In this document: piece after piece, positions 38,994 to 48,879 of the stretch
Position numbering within the stretch: position 1 is the first letter of the stretch
How the letters are laid out: each line of letters starts with the position of its first letter
NCBI RefSeq assembly: GCF_056712565.1
Contig: NZ_CM160072.1
Length of the DNA: 64,000 nt
Reading direction: 5' to 3' (one strand)
Notes under the pieces: generated by a model
Database searches by the model: none
The model's input: the letters and a program-made list of their open reading frames with translations, nothing else
What the model was told of the DNA's origin: nothing
Made by a program: the position numbers and the translations under genes

Positions 38994-39998
38994 CTAATTT
39001 ACATGTATGTAGAGTTCACCGTCGCCAGACCAATCGGGACACTCTAAAACAAGCCCAAACTGCTTGAATATTTCATCAATGATTATTGTTATCTCCCGAA
39101 AATCACCAAAACCTGTAATGTGCTGGTCATTAAACTTCCCATAAAGATTCTGAAAAGCAATGCCTAATTCTGATAATTGATATCTTATCTTTGAGTTGGA
39201 TAGTGTAAGGGATAGCTTTGGATCGTATTCTTTAATATTGATGTTTAGAGAATGGACATAACCCATCGCATAAGCATAAGAGTTGATGATTAGCCTGATA
39301 CGTTTTTTTACTTCGAGATACATGTCATTCAGAGAAATATTACCGTACTTATAACCCCAGATGAGTTTTTCAATCTCGTCAGATACTTCATTTACAACAG
39401 TGTCAAGATTCTCTAAAAATAAATCGATAGTTTCTTGAGGGGCAGACCCCGAAGACATGTAATTAGCGAGATATTCAGACCATGCACGCGTGGCTGAGAT
39501 AAGAAGCGCGCTACCATACTCGTTGACTGTAAAGTTTTGGGCTAAGCATGTTAGTAAGTTTTTTTCATGTACGTGCACTAATTCATGGTGAATGCGATGG
39601 ATGACTGCGAGGTATCCTTCTTCTTTCAGTTTTAAGAAGCTACCATCATTGAAAAGCTCAACAAAAAAATCAATCGATAGCACAAGGGTATATTCTTCAC
39701 ATAGCCCATCATTGCCAATTTTTGTTACTAACTGCCCGACGGCTGCGCCCTGTTTACTATTGGTAAATGAACTAGGGGATTTGTGTTGGTAAGAGGATGT
39801 TACCTTTTGAAGAGCTTCACTGAAGTTATAGGAAACAATCACGCATTTTAATTTGGAGATATCAAGATTGAGATTTTTTGTTAAAGCTCGGATAGCTTCT
39901 AGTGTGAAATTACCGATATTATTTGCTTCTTGCTCAGTAGCGAAACCTTCGAGGGTTATTTTAAAATCAGTTTCCAAAATATTAATCTCCGCGCCCAT
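38994..39998 (-). CDS. hypothetical 334-aa protein with HExxH zinc-metallopeptidase-like motif (cargo between cos and portal)
   Basis: AT-rich ORF; motif VIHRIHHELVHVHEKN; own sigma70-like promoter upstream. Confidence 0.7.
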   Translation of the reverse strand: MGAEINILETDFKITLEGFATEQEANNIGNFTLEAIRALTKNLNLDISKLKCVIVSYNFSEALQKVTSSYQHKSPSSFTNSKQGAAVGQLVTKIGNDGLCEEYTLVLSIDFFVELFNDGSFLKLKEEGYLAVIHRIHHELVHVHEKNLLTCLAQNFTVNEYGSALLISATRAWSEYLANYMSSGSAPQETIDLFLENLDTVVNEVSDEIEKLIWGYKYGNISLNDMYLEVKKRIRLIINSYAYAMGYVHSLNINIKEYDPKLSLTLSNSKIRYQLSELGIAFQNLYGKFNDQHITGFGDFREITIIIDEIFKQFGLVLECPDWSGDGELYIHVN

Positions 39999-40016
39999 TG
40001 TTTTGATATTCGATGC

Positions 40017-40045
40017 ACTATAGCTTTCGCAGATTGCATCTTCAA
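40017..40045 (-). promoter_or_regulatory. sigma70-like promoter for the 334-aa gene
   Basis: Minus-strand TTGAAG-17 bp-TATAGT, ~20-50 bp upstream of the ATG. Confidence 0.55.
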
Positions 40046-40075
40046 TAATGAGCGCAGAGATTGTGGCGGCCTAAG

Positions 40076-41122
40076 TTATTCTGGGTTGTCGAGGGTGTAC
40101 TCTTTGAATCTGATGACCTCCATGCCGAGCCAGTCATTTACCTCCCTGAACCTGTCCTGTAGCGGCGACAGCTCGTTGCGCACAAATACCTTTGCCACCT
40201 TCTCAACATCACCGAGTGAACCGATATTCTCGGGCTTGCCGCCCATGAGCTGGAACGGTACGCGGTGCGCGTCCATCAGATCGGCGGCACTGGCCTTCTT
40301 GATGTTGAAAAAGTCATCCTTTGTGGCGACCTCGCTCAGTGGCACGATTTTGATGCCGTCCGGTTTTCCGCCGGGAGCGTAGAAAAACAGGTTCTTAAAG
40401 TTGCCGAGCCCTTTTGAGTTGCGCATCGCCTCGCGCAGCGATTCGACGTCGGTCGCGCTCTGCGCCGGGTCAGTCACATACATGATGTAACCCGCGTGCG
40501 CGCCGTTCTGATAATACTTGCGGCGGAACAGCGTCGCGGATTCATTCAGCCAGGCGGAATTTAGCGCGCTGAGATATTCGGGCAGGCCGTAAATCTCCTG
40601 ATTAATGTCGGGCTCCAGCAGGTGAAACACGGTATCAGGCGCGAACTCGTGCGGCTGGGTGAAGTTTTCCACAAACCAGAAAATCGAATCGTCGACTCCG
40701 CGTCGGGTGTATTTGGCTGGCGAGGCCAGCAGTTTGATTAACTGGCCGGTGACGCTGTGGCGCTGCTCAAGAAAGGCGTTACCGAACACCAGATAATCGA
40801 GCGCAAAGCGGCTGAAATCCTGACGGGATAACAACGGGTGCGGAATGTAGGTGCTCGCGAGCACGTTACGCTTAACATAAATTGGCGAGCTGTGATGCAC
40901 GGCAGAGCGCAGGCTCTTTGCCAGCCCTGAGAAGCTGACCGGCGGCTCGTACCATTTGCCGTTACTGATGCACTCGACGTAATCCAGAATGTCGCGCTTA
41001 TCGAGTACCGGCACCGGCTCGCCGAAGGTGAACGCTGTCGTTTTTGGCGGTGCGCTGGCGGTCAGTTGTTGTGGTTTGCTGGCCTTTTGTGCGTTGGCTT
41101 TACGGGATTTTTGTTTACCCAT
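40076..41122 (-). CDS. portal protein (P2 gpQ family)
   Basis: 348 aa; size and position adjacent to terminase ATPase. Confidence 0.85.
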   Translation of the reverse strand: MGKQKSRKANAQKASKPQQLTASAPPKTTAFTFGEPVPVLDKRDILDYVECISNGKWYEPPVSFSGLAKSLRSAVHHSSPIYVKRNVLASTYIPHPLLSRQDFSRFALDYLVFGNAFLEQRHSVTGQLIKLLASPAKYTRRGVDDSIFWFVENFTQPHEFAPDTVFHLLEPDINQEIYGLPEYLSALNSAWLNESATLFRRKYYQNGAHAGYIMYVTDPAQSATDVESLREAMRNSKGLGNFKNLFFYAPGGKPDGIKIVPLSEVATKDDFFNIKKASAADLMDAHRVPFQLMGGKPENIGSLGDVEKVAKVFVRNELSPLQDRFREVNDWLGMEVIRFKEYTLDNPE

Positions 41123-41123
41123 T

Positions 41124-42893
41124 TTAGTTGAACTCCAGAATAGATTTAGGCTGCATGCCGCTACCGGCAGAAAGCGGTTCGTTTAACAGGGCGTGCATGG
41201 TCGCCCATGCGATATCGGCGTGGCTGGCTTCCTCGGTGCGGCTGGCCTCATAGGTGGCGCTGCGCCCGCTGCTGGTCATGGTTTTGCGGATGGACATAAA
41301 CGACTGCGTGACGTCGGTTGCTCCGGCGTCGTACTCCAGACAGCCACGGCGAATGGTGTCTTTCGCCTTGAGTACCATTGCGGTTTTCATTTCAGGTGTG
41401 TAACGGATGCCGCGTGCCGCCGGGTAAAATGAGCGCACCAGCTGGAACACGCCGAGACCGAGGCCGGTTGCGTCAATGCCGATGTATTCGACGTTGTATT
41501 TCTCGGTCAGCTTGCGGATGCCCTCTGCCTGTGCTGCAAAATCCATGCCCTTCCACTGGTGGCGCTCCAGCATGCGGAACTTGCCACCAGAGACCACCGG
41601 CGGCGCGAGCACGACGCACCCGGCACTGTCGCCGGTGTGTGACGGGTCGTAGCCAATCCAGACAGGACGAGAGCCGAACGGATGGTCGGCGAACGGGGCA
41701 AAGTCCTCCCATTCCTCCATCACATCGACCATGCAGCGCTGCAGCTCCTCGAACGGGAATACCGACGCTTTATCGTCGACAAACTCGCACATAAACAGGT
41801 TCTTAAAGTCCTCATCACTGTTTTCGCGTTTGAGCTGGTCGAGGTCGAACAGGGTGCAGCCACCCGCAAGGGCGTCCTCAATGGTGACAATCTGCCGCCA
41901 CTGGCCATCGTCGCAGAGCTGGCCACCGGCGAGCGCGCTGTGACTGATGTCGATTTCGATGCGGTCGGCAATCCGGCTGCGCCCCTTGTTGAACAGCTCG
42001 CCAGACCAGAAGGGGTAAGCGCCGTGCGCCAGCGTGGAAGGTGTCGAAAAATAGGTCGAGCGCAGGTGCTTTTGCGAGGCCATGCCCGAGGCGACTTTGC
42101 GCAGTTTCTGAAAATTCGGGATCCAGAATATTTCATCGACATACAGATCGCCGTTATGGCTCTGCGCGGTGTTGGAATTGGTACCGAGAAAAATCAGTTT
42201 TGCGCCGTTGTTACCGATGACAATCGGGTCGCCAGTCAGGTCAACGTCGACCAGTCGCGCAAACTGGATGATGTATTCGCGGAACACGTAAGCCTGCGTT
42301 TTACTGGCTGATAAAAATATCTGGTTATGGCCGGTTTTGAGTACGCGCAGCAGTGCCTCGCGGGAGAAATAGAATGTCGCGCCAATCTGGCGGGATTTGA
42401 GAATGTCACGAATACGGTGCTCCAGTCCTGCGCGGTACCACTGCAACTGGTACTCGAAAGACTGGTCGAAAAATAATTCCTCTAGTTTATCGATAGCCTC
42501 GTCGCTGAAAAAATTCTTTTTCGGCTTTTTGCGCTCCCCTTTGTTGCGGTTGGCGACGTTGGGGTTAAGGTCGGCTTCGTTGCCGGTCTGGCTGTAGCGG
42601 TTGACTCGCGCCAACCGTTCAATCTGCCGTCCGAGCAGGTCAATCTCTTTGAAATCACCCCCTGTCTTTTGCGGCTTGGCGATGAGCTGAATCAGCCTAG
42701 CCTCAAGGCTGCTTTCAACGCGGGAAATCGGCGCGATGCCGTCCCAGCCGTCGCGCTGCTTCCAGCTCTGCACGGTCGGGCGCTTGACCTGCAGCATTTC
42801 GGCAATCTGTGGCACGGAAAAACCCTGCCAGTAAAGCAGCGATGCCTGCCGTCGCGGGTCATGCAACAAGGTTGTATCGGTGGAAATGGTCAT
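41124..42893 (-). CDS. terminase large subunit / ATPase (P2 gpP family)
   Basis: 589 aa, divergent from scaffold/capsid operon. Confidence 0.85.
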   Translation of the reverse strand: MTISTDTTLLHDPRRQASLLYWQGFSVPQIAEMLQVKRPTVQSWKQRDGWDGIAPISRVESSLEARLIQLIAKPQKTGGDFKEIDLLGRQIERLARVNRYSQTGNEADLNPNVANRNKGERKKPKKNFFSDEAIDKLEELFFDQSFEYQLQWYRAGLEHRIRDILKSRQIGATFYFSREALLRVLKTGHNQIFLSASKTQAYVFREYIIQFARLVDVDLTGDPIVIGNNGAKLIFLGTNSNTAQSHNGDLYVDEIFWIPNFQKLRKVASGMASQKHLRSTYFSTPSTLAHGAYPFWSGELFNKGRSRIADRIEIDISHSALAGGQLCDDGQWRQIVTIEDALAGGCTLFDLDQLKRENSDEDFKNLFMCEFVDDKASVFPFEELQRCMVDVMEEWEDFAPFADHPFGSRPVWIGYDPSHTGDSAGCVVLAPPVVSGGKFRMLERHQWKGMDFAAQAEGIRKLTEKYNVEYIGIDATGLGLGVFQLVRSFYPAARGIRYTPEMKTAMVLKAKDTIRRGCLEYDAGATDVTQSFMSIRKTMTSSGRSATYEASRTEEASHADIAWATMHALLNEPLSAGSGMQPKSILEFN

Positions 42894-43058
42894 TGATGCC
42901 TCGCCGTAGTGGATTCAGGGCAAGGCTACTTAATGGCCGTCAGTGATTCGCTAAGGTGCTGTTGTGTGGGCGGTTGTCCAGTCGTCATTGGTGGTCTGGC
43001 GTGTCCTGAGTCTGGAAACTGGCGGTGACCAGTAACCTCAACCTCAGGACTCCTGACA

Positions 43059-43913
43059 ATGGCAAAAAAAGTCTCAAAATTCTTTCGCATCGGCGTCGAG
43101 GGTGACACCTGCGACGGCCGCATTATCAGCGGCAACGATATTCAGGAAATGGCCGAATCGTTTGACCCTCGCGTCTACGGTTGCCGCATTAACCTTGAGC
43201 ATATTCGCGGTCTCTTTCCTGATGGCGACTTCAAACGCTTAGGCGATGTGGTTGAACTGAAAGCTGAAATAATTGACGACGATTCTGCGCTTAACGGCAA
43301 ATGGGCGTTGTTCGCCAGAATCACCCCAACCGACGACCTGATTGCGATGAATAAAAAATTGCAGAAGGTCTACACCTCAATGGAAATTCAGCCGAATTTT
43401 GCCAATACCGGCAAATGCTACCTCGTCGGCCTTGCTGTCACCGATGACCCGGCGAGCCTCGGCACTGAATACCTCGAATTCTGCCGCAACGCGAAGCACA
43501 ACCCTCTGCAGCGCTTTAAGGCCAACCCTGAAAACGTCTTTTCCGCTGCCACGCTGGCCGAACTGGAATTTGAAGACGTTCCCGATACGGTGCTAAACAG
43601 CCTGGCAGATAAGGTTAAAGCCATTTTCAGCCGTAAGCAGGTCAGCGACGATGCGCGCCTGAATGATGTGCATGAAGCGGTGACCACCGTCAGCGAGCAT
43701 GTGCAGACCAACCTCACTGCGCAGGATAAGCGTCTTTCCGCTATGGAAGCCGCGCTTACCACCTTTAAACAGGAACTGACCGGCAAGATTGAAGAAACCA
43801 GCCAGGCATTTTCCGCCCTGAAAGCCACCCTCGACAAAACCGAAAGTTTCAGCCAGCCGCGACGCACGAAAGCCAGCGGCGGTGGTGGCGATGAGCTGCT
43901 GACCGACTGCTGA
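43059..43913 (+). CDS. capsid scaffolding protein (gpO family)
   Basis: 284 aa; position before major capsid. Confidence 0.8.
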   Translation: MAKKVSKFFRIGVEGDTCDGRIISGNDIQEMAESFDPRVYGCRINLEHIRGLFPDGDFKRLGDVVELKAEIIDDDSALNGKWALFARITPTDDLIAMNKKLQKVYTSMEIQPNFANTGKCYLVGLAVTDDPASLGTEYLEFCRNAKHNPLQRFKANPENVFSAATLAELEFEDVPDTVLNSLADKVKAIFSRKQVSDDARLNDVHEAVTTVSEHVQTNLTAQDKRLSAMEAALTTFKQELTGKIEETSQAFSALKATLDKTESFSQPRRTKASGGGGDELLTDC

Positions 43914-43989
43914 TAAACCGCAGACCAGAAACCGGGCGGTAACTCCGCCCGATGCAGTGACTAACCGATAAATTCAAACAGGAAATACT

Positions 43990-45057
43990 ATGCGCCCGGA
44001 AACCCGTTTTAAGTTCAATGCCTATCTGACCCGCGTCGCTGAGCTGAACGGCATCAGCACTGATGACGTCAGTAAAAAATTCACCGTCGAGCCGTCCGTC
44101 ACGCAAACGCTGATGAACAAAGTGCAGGAGTCATCCGCGTTTCTGCAGACGATTAACATTCTGCCGGTCGCAGAAATGAAGGGTGAGAAAATCGGCGTCG
44201 CTGTGACCGGTACTATCGCCAGCACGACCGACACCTCGGGCGATGATGAGCGTAAGACCGCAGACTTCACCGCGCTTGAGTCCAACAAGTACGAGTGCGA
44301 CCAGATTAACTTTGACTTCCATCTGAAATATAAAACCCTCGACCTGTGGGCGCGTTTTCAGGACTTTCAGCGCCGCATCCGTGACGCCATTGTTAAGCGT
44401 CAGGCGCTCGATTTCATCATGGCCGGTTTTAACGGTACCACCCGCGCCGCCACCTCTGACCGCACCAAAAATCCGATGCTGCAGGATGTAGCCGTCGGCT
44501 GGCTGCAGAAATACCGCAACGAAGCCCCGACGCGTGTGATGAGCAATATCACCGATGCTGACGGTAAGGTCGTTTCGGCAGTGATTCGCGTCGGTAAAAA
44601 CGGCGACTATGAGAACCTCGACGCGCTGGTGATGGATGCTACCAACAACCTGATTGACGAGGTTTATCAGGATGACCCGAAACTCGTTGCCATCGTTGGC
44701 CGTAAGCTGCTGGCCGACAAATATTTCCCGCTGGTGAACAAGCCGCAAGAAAACAGCGAAGCGCTCGCGGCAGATATCATCATCAGCCAGAAGCGAATCG
44801 GCAACCTGCCTGCTGTGCGTGTGCCGTACTTCCCGGCGAATGCCGTGTTAGTGACAACGCTGGAAAACCTCTCTATCTATTTCATGGATGAGAGCCACCG
44901 CCGCAGCATTGATGAAAACCCGAAAAAAGACCGCGTGGAAAACTACGAGTCAATGAATATCGACTATGTGGTCGAGGCGTATGCCGCCGGGTGTCTGCTG
45001 GAAAACATCACCCTAGGCGATTTCACCGCACCTGCAGCACCGGAAAGCGGAGAGTAA
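43990..45057 (+). CDS. major capsid protein (gpN family)
   Basis: 355 aa; position/size. Confidence 0.85.
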   Translation: MRPETRFKFNAYLTRVAELNGISTDDVSKKFTVEPSVTQTLMNKVQESSAFLQTINILPVAEMKGEKIGVAVTGTIASTTDTSGDDERKTADFTALESNKYECDQINFDFHLKYKTLDLWARFQDFQRRIRDAIVKRQALDFIMAGFNGTTRAATSDRTKNPMLQDVAVGWLQKYRNEAPTRVMSNITDADGKVVSAVIRVGKNGDYENLDALVMDATNNLIDEVYQDDPKLVAIVGRKLLADKYFPLVNKPQENSEALAADIIISQKRIGNLPAVRVPYFPANAVLVTTLENLSIYFMDESHRRSIDENPKKDRVENYESMNIDYVVEAYAAGCLLENITLGDFTAPAAPESGE

Positions 45058-45061
45058 GCCC

Positions 45062-45811
45062 ATGACGAGCCCCGCACAGCGTCACATGATGCGGGTCTCG
45101 GCCTCTCAAGCCGCGCAGCGGGAACAAGCCCCGCTGCGCCATGCAACCGCCTACGAGCAGATGCTGGTAAAGCTGGCCGATGACCGCCGCACGTTGAAAA
45201 CCATCCGTTCAAACGAACTGAAAGCCGCGAAAAAGCGTGAGCTGCTGCCGTTCTATGCGCCGTGGGTCGCCGGTGTGCTGGCTGATGGCCGTGGTGCGCA
45301 GGATGACATTCTGATGACAGTCATGCTGTGGCGTCTCGATGCCGGTGATATCGCTGGCGCGCTGGAAATTGCGCCATACGCGCTGAAGTACGGCCTCACC
45401 TCTGACTATCGCCGCACGACACCTTACATGCTGGTTGAGGAGGTGGCGCTTGCCGCGCTGCGCCTGCGCGATGCCGGTGAGCCTGTCGACCTCGCATTAC
45501 TGCTGACCACCCTTAGCCTGACCGACGGCGCAGACGTTCCCGATATGGTGCGCGCTCGACTGCATAAGGTGACCGGTCTAACCCTGCGCGATGCCGGTCA
45601 GAGCGCCGAAGCACTGGCACAGTTTCAGCGCGCGATGCAGCTCGACCGCAATGCCGGTGTGCGCAAAGAGATTGAGCGACTGGAGCGGGCATTGAAGCCT
45701 AAGCCCGATGCCGCGCCCCGTAAAACGACTAAACCGCGCACGCGCAAACCTGCCACCAAACCGGCGGCAAAGCGCGGGCGTCCACCAAAGGCGGTAAAAA
45801 CCGCCGGTTAA
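45062..45811 (+). CDS. terminase small/endonuclease subunit (gpM family)
   Basis: 249 aa; basic C-terminus. Confidence 0.8.
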   Translation: MTSPAQRHMMRVSASQAAQREQAPLRHATAYEQMLVKLADDRRTLKTIRSNELKAAKKRELLPFYAPWVAGVLADGRGAQDDILMTVMLWRLDAGDIAGALEIAPYALKYGLTSDYRRTTPYMLVEEVALAALRLRDAGEPVDLALLLTTLSLTDGADVPDMVRARLHKVTGLTLRDAGQSAEALAQFQRAMQLDRNAGVRKEIERLERALKPKPDAAPRKTTKPRTRKPATKPAAKRGRPPKAVKTAG

Positions 45812-45904
45812 CTGAACGCTCCCCGAGCCGGGCGGCACGCCGGTCAAAGCGGGTTTTGACCCTGACGGCGACCGGCGTCCACCGCCCAACCTAATGAGGT
45901 TGTC

Positions 45905-46414
45905 ATGACGACAGTAATACTGAATCAGCCCGACGAACCGCAGGACGTACCGGGCGTGGTGATTCCCGCACCGGAGACGGGCGACGCAGTGATTAAAAAC
46001 ACGTTCTTTTTCCCTGATGTGGATCCGAAGCGGGTGCGCGAGCTGATGCGCCTTGAGCAGACGGTTTCCGATGCGCGCCTGCGCAACGCCATCAAGACCG
46101 GCATGGCGGAAACCAATGCGGAGCTTTACGACTACCGGCTGCGCCAGATTGCCGCAGGGTTTAAGACACTGGCCGACGTGCCTGACGCCGAGGAAATCGA
46201 CGGCGAGAATGTGCGCATTTTCCACTACCTCAGCGCCGTGACGGCGATGGCGACCGCCACCCTGTATGAGCGTTATCGCGGGGTTGAGGCCACCGGCAAG
46301 GGTGACAAAAAAGCCGACAGCGTCGAAACCACCATTGATGACCTGTGGCGGGATATGCGCTGGTCGGTCTCGCGCCTGCAGGATAAGCCGCGCTGCATCG
46401 TGGGTCAGCTCTGA
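45905..46414 (+). CDS. head completion protein (gpL family)
   Basis: 169 aa; position. Confidence 0.75.
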   Translation: MTTVILNQPDEPQDVPGVVIPAPETGDAVIKNTFFFPDVDPKRVRELMRLEQTVSDARLRNAIKTGMAETNAELYDYRLRQIAAGFKTLADVPDAEEIDGENVRIFHYLSAVTAMATATLYERYRGVEATGKGDKKADSVETTIDDLWRDMRWSVSRLQDKPRCIVGQL

Positions 46415-46617
46415 TGAAAGTCTACGCGATGCAGGGCGACACCATCGACGCGCTTTGCGCCCGGTATTACGGGCGCACTGAGGGCGTGGTCGAGGCGGTG
46501 CTGCAGGCTAATCCCGGTCTGTCTGAGCTGGGCGTCATTCTGCCGCATGGCACGGCAATTGACCTGCCCGACATGGCATCGTCACCCGTAACAGAAACTA
46601 TCAACCTTTGGGAGTAA
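46414..46617 (+). CDS. tail protein X (gpX family)
   Basis: 67 aa; position. Confidence 0.7.
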   Translation: MKVYAMQGDTIDALCARYYGRTEGVVEAVLQANPGLSELGVILPHGTAIDLPDMASSPVTETINLWE

Positions 46618-46620
46618 ACC

Positions 46621-46917
46621 ATGACAGAAGGGGAAAAAGGCGTCCTGTCACTGTTTGTGATTGGCGTGATGATTGTTGTCGGAAAAGTGCTGGCGGGTGG
46701 TGAGCCCATTACCCCGCGCCTGTTTATCGGCCGCATGCTGCTCGGCGGTTTTGTTTCAATGGTCGCCGGTGTTGTTCTGGTGCAGTTTCCAGATATGTCA
46801 CTGCCTGCCGTTTGTGGGATTGGATCCATGCTCGGCATTGCAGGTTATCAGGTGGTGGAAATCGCCATTCAGCGCCGCTTTAAGTCACAACAGGGGGATA
46901 GCGATGCCGGTCATTAA
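46621..46917 (+). CDS. holin (gpY-like)
   Basis: 98 aa with hydrophobic helices, directly before endolysin. Confidence 0.75.
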   Translation: MTEGEKGVLSLFVIGVMIVVGKVLAGGEPITPRLFIGRMLLGGFVSMVAGVVLVQFPDMSLPAVCGIGSMLGIAGYQVVEIAIQRRFKSQQGDSDAGH

Positions 46918-47401
46918 TACTCACCAGAATATCGCCGCGTTTCTGGACATGCTGGCCTATTCCGAAGGGACGGCGATGCATCCGCTGACGAAAAATCGTG
47001 GTTACGACGTCATTGTCACTGGCATTGATGGCAAGCCGGAAATTTTCACCGACTACACCGACCACCCTTTCGCACATGGCAGACCAGCGAAAGTGTTTAA
47101 TCAACGCGGCGAAAAATCCACGGCATCAGGGCGTTACCAGCAGCTTTATCTCTACTGGCCGCACTATCAGAAACAGCTCGCATTGCCTGATTTCAGCCCG
47201 TTGTCGCAGGACAAACTTGCGATTCAGTTAATCCGGGAGCGCGGTGCCATTGAGGATATTAAAGCGGGGCGTATTGAGCGAGCAATTTCACGTTGCCGCA
47301 ATATATGGGCGTCGCTGCCGGGTGCAGGTTACGGCCAGCGTGAGCACAGCCTCGACAAACTGGTCACTGTGTGGCGCACGGCTGGCGGGGTGATGGCATG
47401 A
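46904..47401 (+). CDS. endolysin, lambda R-like lytic transglycosylase (gpK)
   Basis: MPVINTHQNIAAFLDMLAYSEGT...GYDVIV...FTDY...NIWASLPGAGYGQ(R)EH aligns with lambda R motifs. Confidence 0.85.
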   Translation: MPVINTHQNIAAFLDMLAYSEGTAMHPLTKNRGYDVIVTGIDGKPEIFTDYTDHPFAHGRPAKVFNQRGEKSTASGRYQQLYLYWPHYQKQLALPDFSPLSQDKLAIQLIRERGAIEDIKAGRIERAISRCRNIWASLPGAGYGQREHSLDKLVTVWRTAGGVMA

Positions 47402-47811
47402 AAATCCTGATAACGCTGCTGGTGCTGGCCGTGCTCGGGCTGCTGTGGTTGCGCCATGAGAACGGCAATTTATCCCGCTCCTTTGAGACGGCAAACCGCG
47501 TCGCAAGCGAACAAAAGACGACGATTGGCATGCTGAAAAATCAGCTCAGTGTTGCCGGTCAGCTTGCCCGACGTAATGAATCCGCGCAGGTGGAACTGCG
47601 CGAACAGCTCGCAAAGGCCAGCGCAGAGGCCAGCCGCCGTGAGCAGACGATAACGAGGTTACTTAATGAAAATGAAGCCTTTCGCCGCTGGTATAACGCT
47701 GCTTTGCCTGATGTTGTGCGTCGGCTGCACACCCGCACCGCCTGCGCCAGTGCCGGTGATTGTGGTCAGCGGATGCCCGAGGGTGAGCCTTTGTCCGATG
47801 CCGGGAAGTGA
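47398..47811 (+). CDS. i-spanin (Rz/LysB-like)
   Basis: MKILITLLVLAVLGLLW TM anchor then coiled-coil-like region; start overlaps endolysin stop (ATGA). Confidence 0.65.
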   Translation: MKILITLLVLAVLGLLWLRHENGNLSRSFETANRVASEQKTTIGMLKNQLSVAGQLARRNESAQVELREQLAKASAEASRREQTITRLLNENEAFRRWYNAALPDVVRRLHTRTACASAGDCGQRMPEGEPLSDAGK

Positions 47812-47956
47812 CCCGAAAACCAATGGTGACCTGAGCGCAGATATCCGCCGTCTTGAGGGCGCGCTGACCGCCTGCGCGCTGCAGGTTAAAACCGTCAAAC
47901 ACTGTCAGGATGAACTCGATGCAGAAGCACAAAAGCCTGCGCAAAGCGCTGATTAA
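47666..47956 (+). CDS. o-spanin lipoprotein (Rz1/LysC-like), partly embedded in i-spanin gene
   Basis: LCLMLCVGC lipobox, Pro-rich mature part; +1 frame overlap with preceding gene. Confidence 0.6.
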   Translation: MKMKPFAAGITLLCLMLCVGCTPAPPAPVPVIVVSGCPRVSLCPMPGSDPKTNGDLSADIRRLEGALTACALQVKTVKHCQDELDAEAQKPAQSAD

Positions 47957-48386
47957 CGCCGTGCCGCAGCTCCGAAATAATCCCGATATGCTGCGCCTTT
48001 TTGCCGACAACGGCCATACCGATTCCCGACTGGCGAGCTCGCTGTCGTTTGAAAAGGTGTACGTGCTTAACGTGGTGGTGACTGACTTCACCGGTGACCT
48101 TGATTTGATATTCGTGCCGGTGCAGGCGTGGCTGCGTGAACATCAGCCGGACATTATGACCACCGACGACGGGCGGGAAAAAGGATTCACCTGGATTATT
48201 GATATCAATAACGACGATTCGCTCGATATCAGTATCAGCCTGAGGCTCACCGAGCGCACACTCGTCAAAGAGGTCGACGGCGCGCTGCACGTCAGCTATG
48301 CCCCTGAGCCGCCACTGCCTGAGCCGGTGACGCGCCCGGTCGAGCTGTACGTTAACGGCGAACTGGTGAGTAAGTGGGATGAGTGA
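47910..48386 (+). CDS. tail completion protein (gpR family)
   Basis: 158 aa; position. Confidence 0.75.
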   Translation: MNSMQKHKSLRKALINAVPQLRNNPDMLRLFADNGHTDSRLASSLSFEKVYVLNVVVTDFTGDLDLIFVPVQAWLREHQPDIMTTDDGREKGFTWIIDINNDDSLDISISLRLTERTLVKEVDGALHVSYAPEPPLPEPVTRPVELYVNGELVSKWDE

Positions 48387-48825
48387 ATTAACCGCGCTGC
48401 AGGAACGCCTTGCCGGTCTGATTGCCAGCCTGTCACCGGCGGCACGTCGGCAAATGGCGGCTGAGATTGCGAAAAAGCTGCGTACCAGTCAGCAACAGCG
48501 TATCAAGCGCCAGCAGGCACCCGACGGCACCCCGTATGCGGCACGAAAGCGCCAGCCGGTGCGGAGCAAGAAAGGTCGGATTAAACGTGAAATGTTCGCC
48601 AAACTGCGCACCAGTCGCTTTATGAAAGCCAAAGGCAGCGACAGTGCGGCGGTGGTGGAGTTTACCGGCAAGGTGCAGCGCATGGCGCGGGTTCATCAGT
48701 ACGGCCTCAAAGACCGGCCAAACCGTAACAGCCGGGATGTGCAGTACGAGGCGCGCCCGTTGCTCGGTTTCAATAGTATAGATATGAGAATTATTGAGCG
48801 GTTAATAATTGGGGCTTTGGATTAA
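48379..48825 (+). CDS. tail completion protein (gpS family); 3' end runs into AT-rich cargo
   Basis: 148 aa; last ~15 codons (NSIDMRIIERLIIGALD) are AT-rich unlike the rest. Confidence 0.75.
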   Translation: MSELTALQERLAGLIASLSPAARRQMAAEIAKKLRTSQQQRIKRQQAPDGTPYAARKRQPVRSKKGRIKREMFAKLRTSRFMKAKGSDSAAVVEFTGKVQRMARVHQYGLKDRPNRNSRDVQYEARPLLGFNSIDMRIIERLIIGALD

Positions 48826-48854
48826 TTATGATCTAATATATTATTTTGTGATGA

Positions 48855-48875
48855 GGCTGGATAAACACCAGCCTT
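48855..48875. terminator. hairpin at the S / cargo boundary
   Basis: AGGCTGG-ATAAACA-CCAGCCT followed by TTGATTTT. Confidence 0.5.
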
Positions 48876-48879
48876 GATT

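Noticed and set aside
41193-42311. Arg/Ala-rich antisense ORFs inside the terminase gene
   Set aside because: Typical GC-rich antisense frames; terminase on the minus strand is full-length and syntenic.
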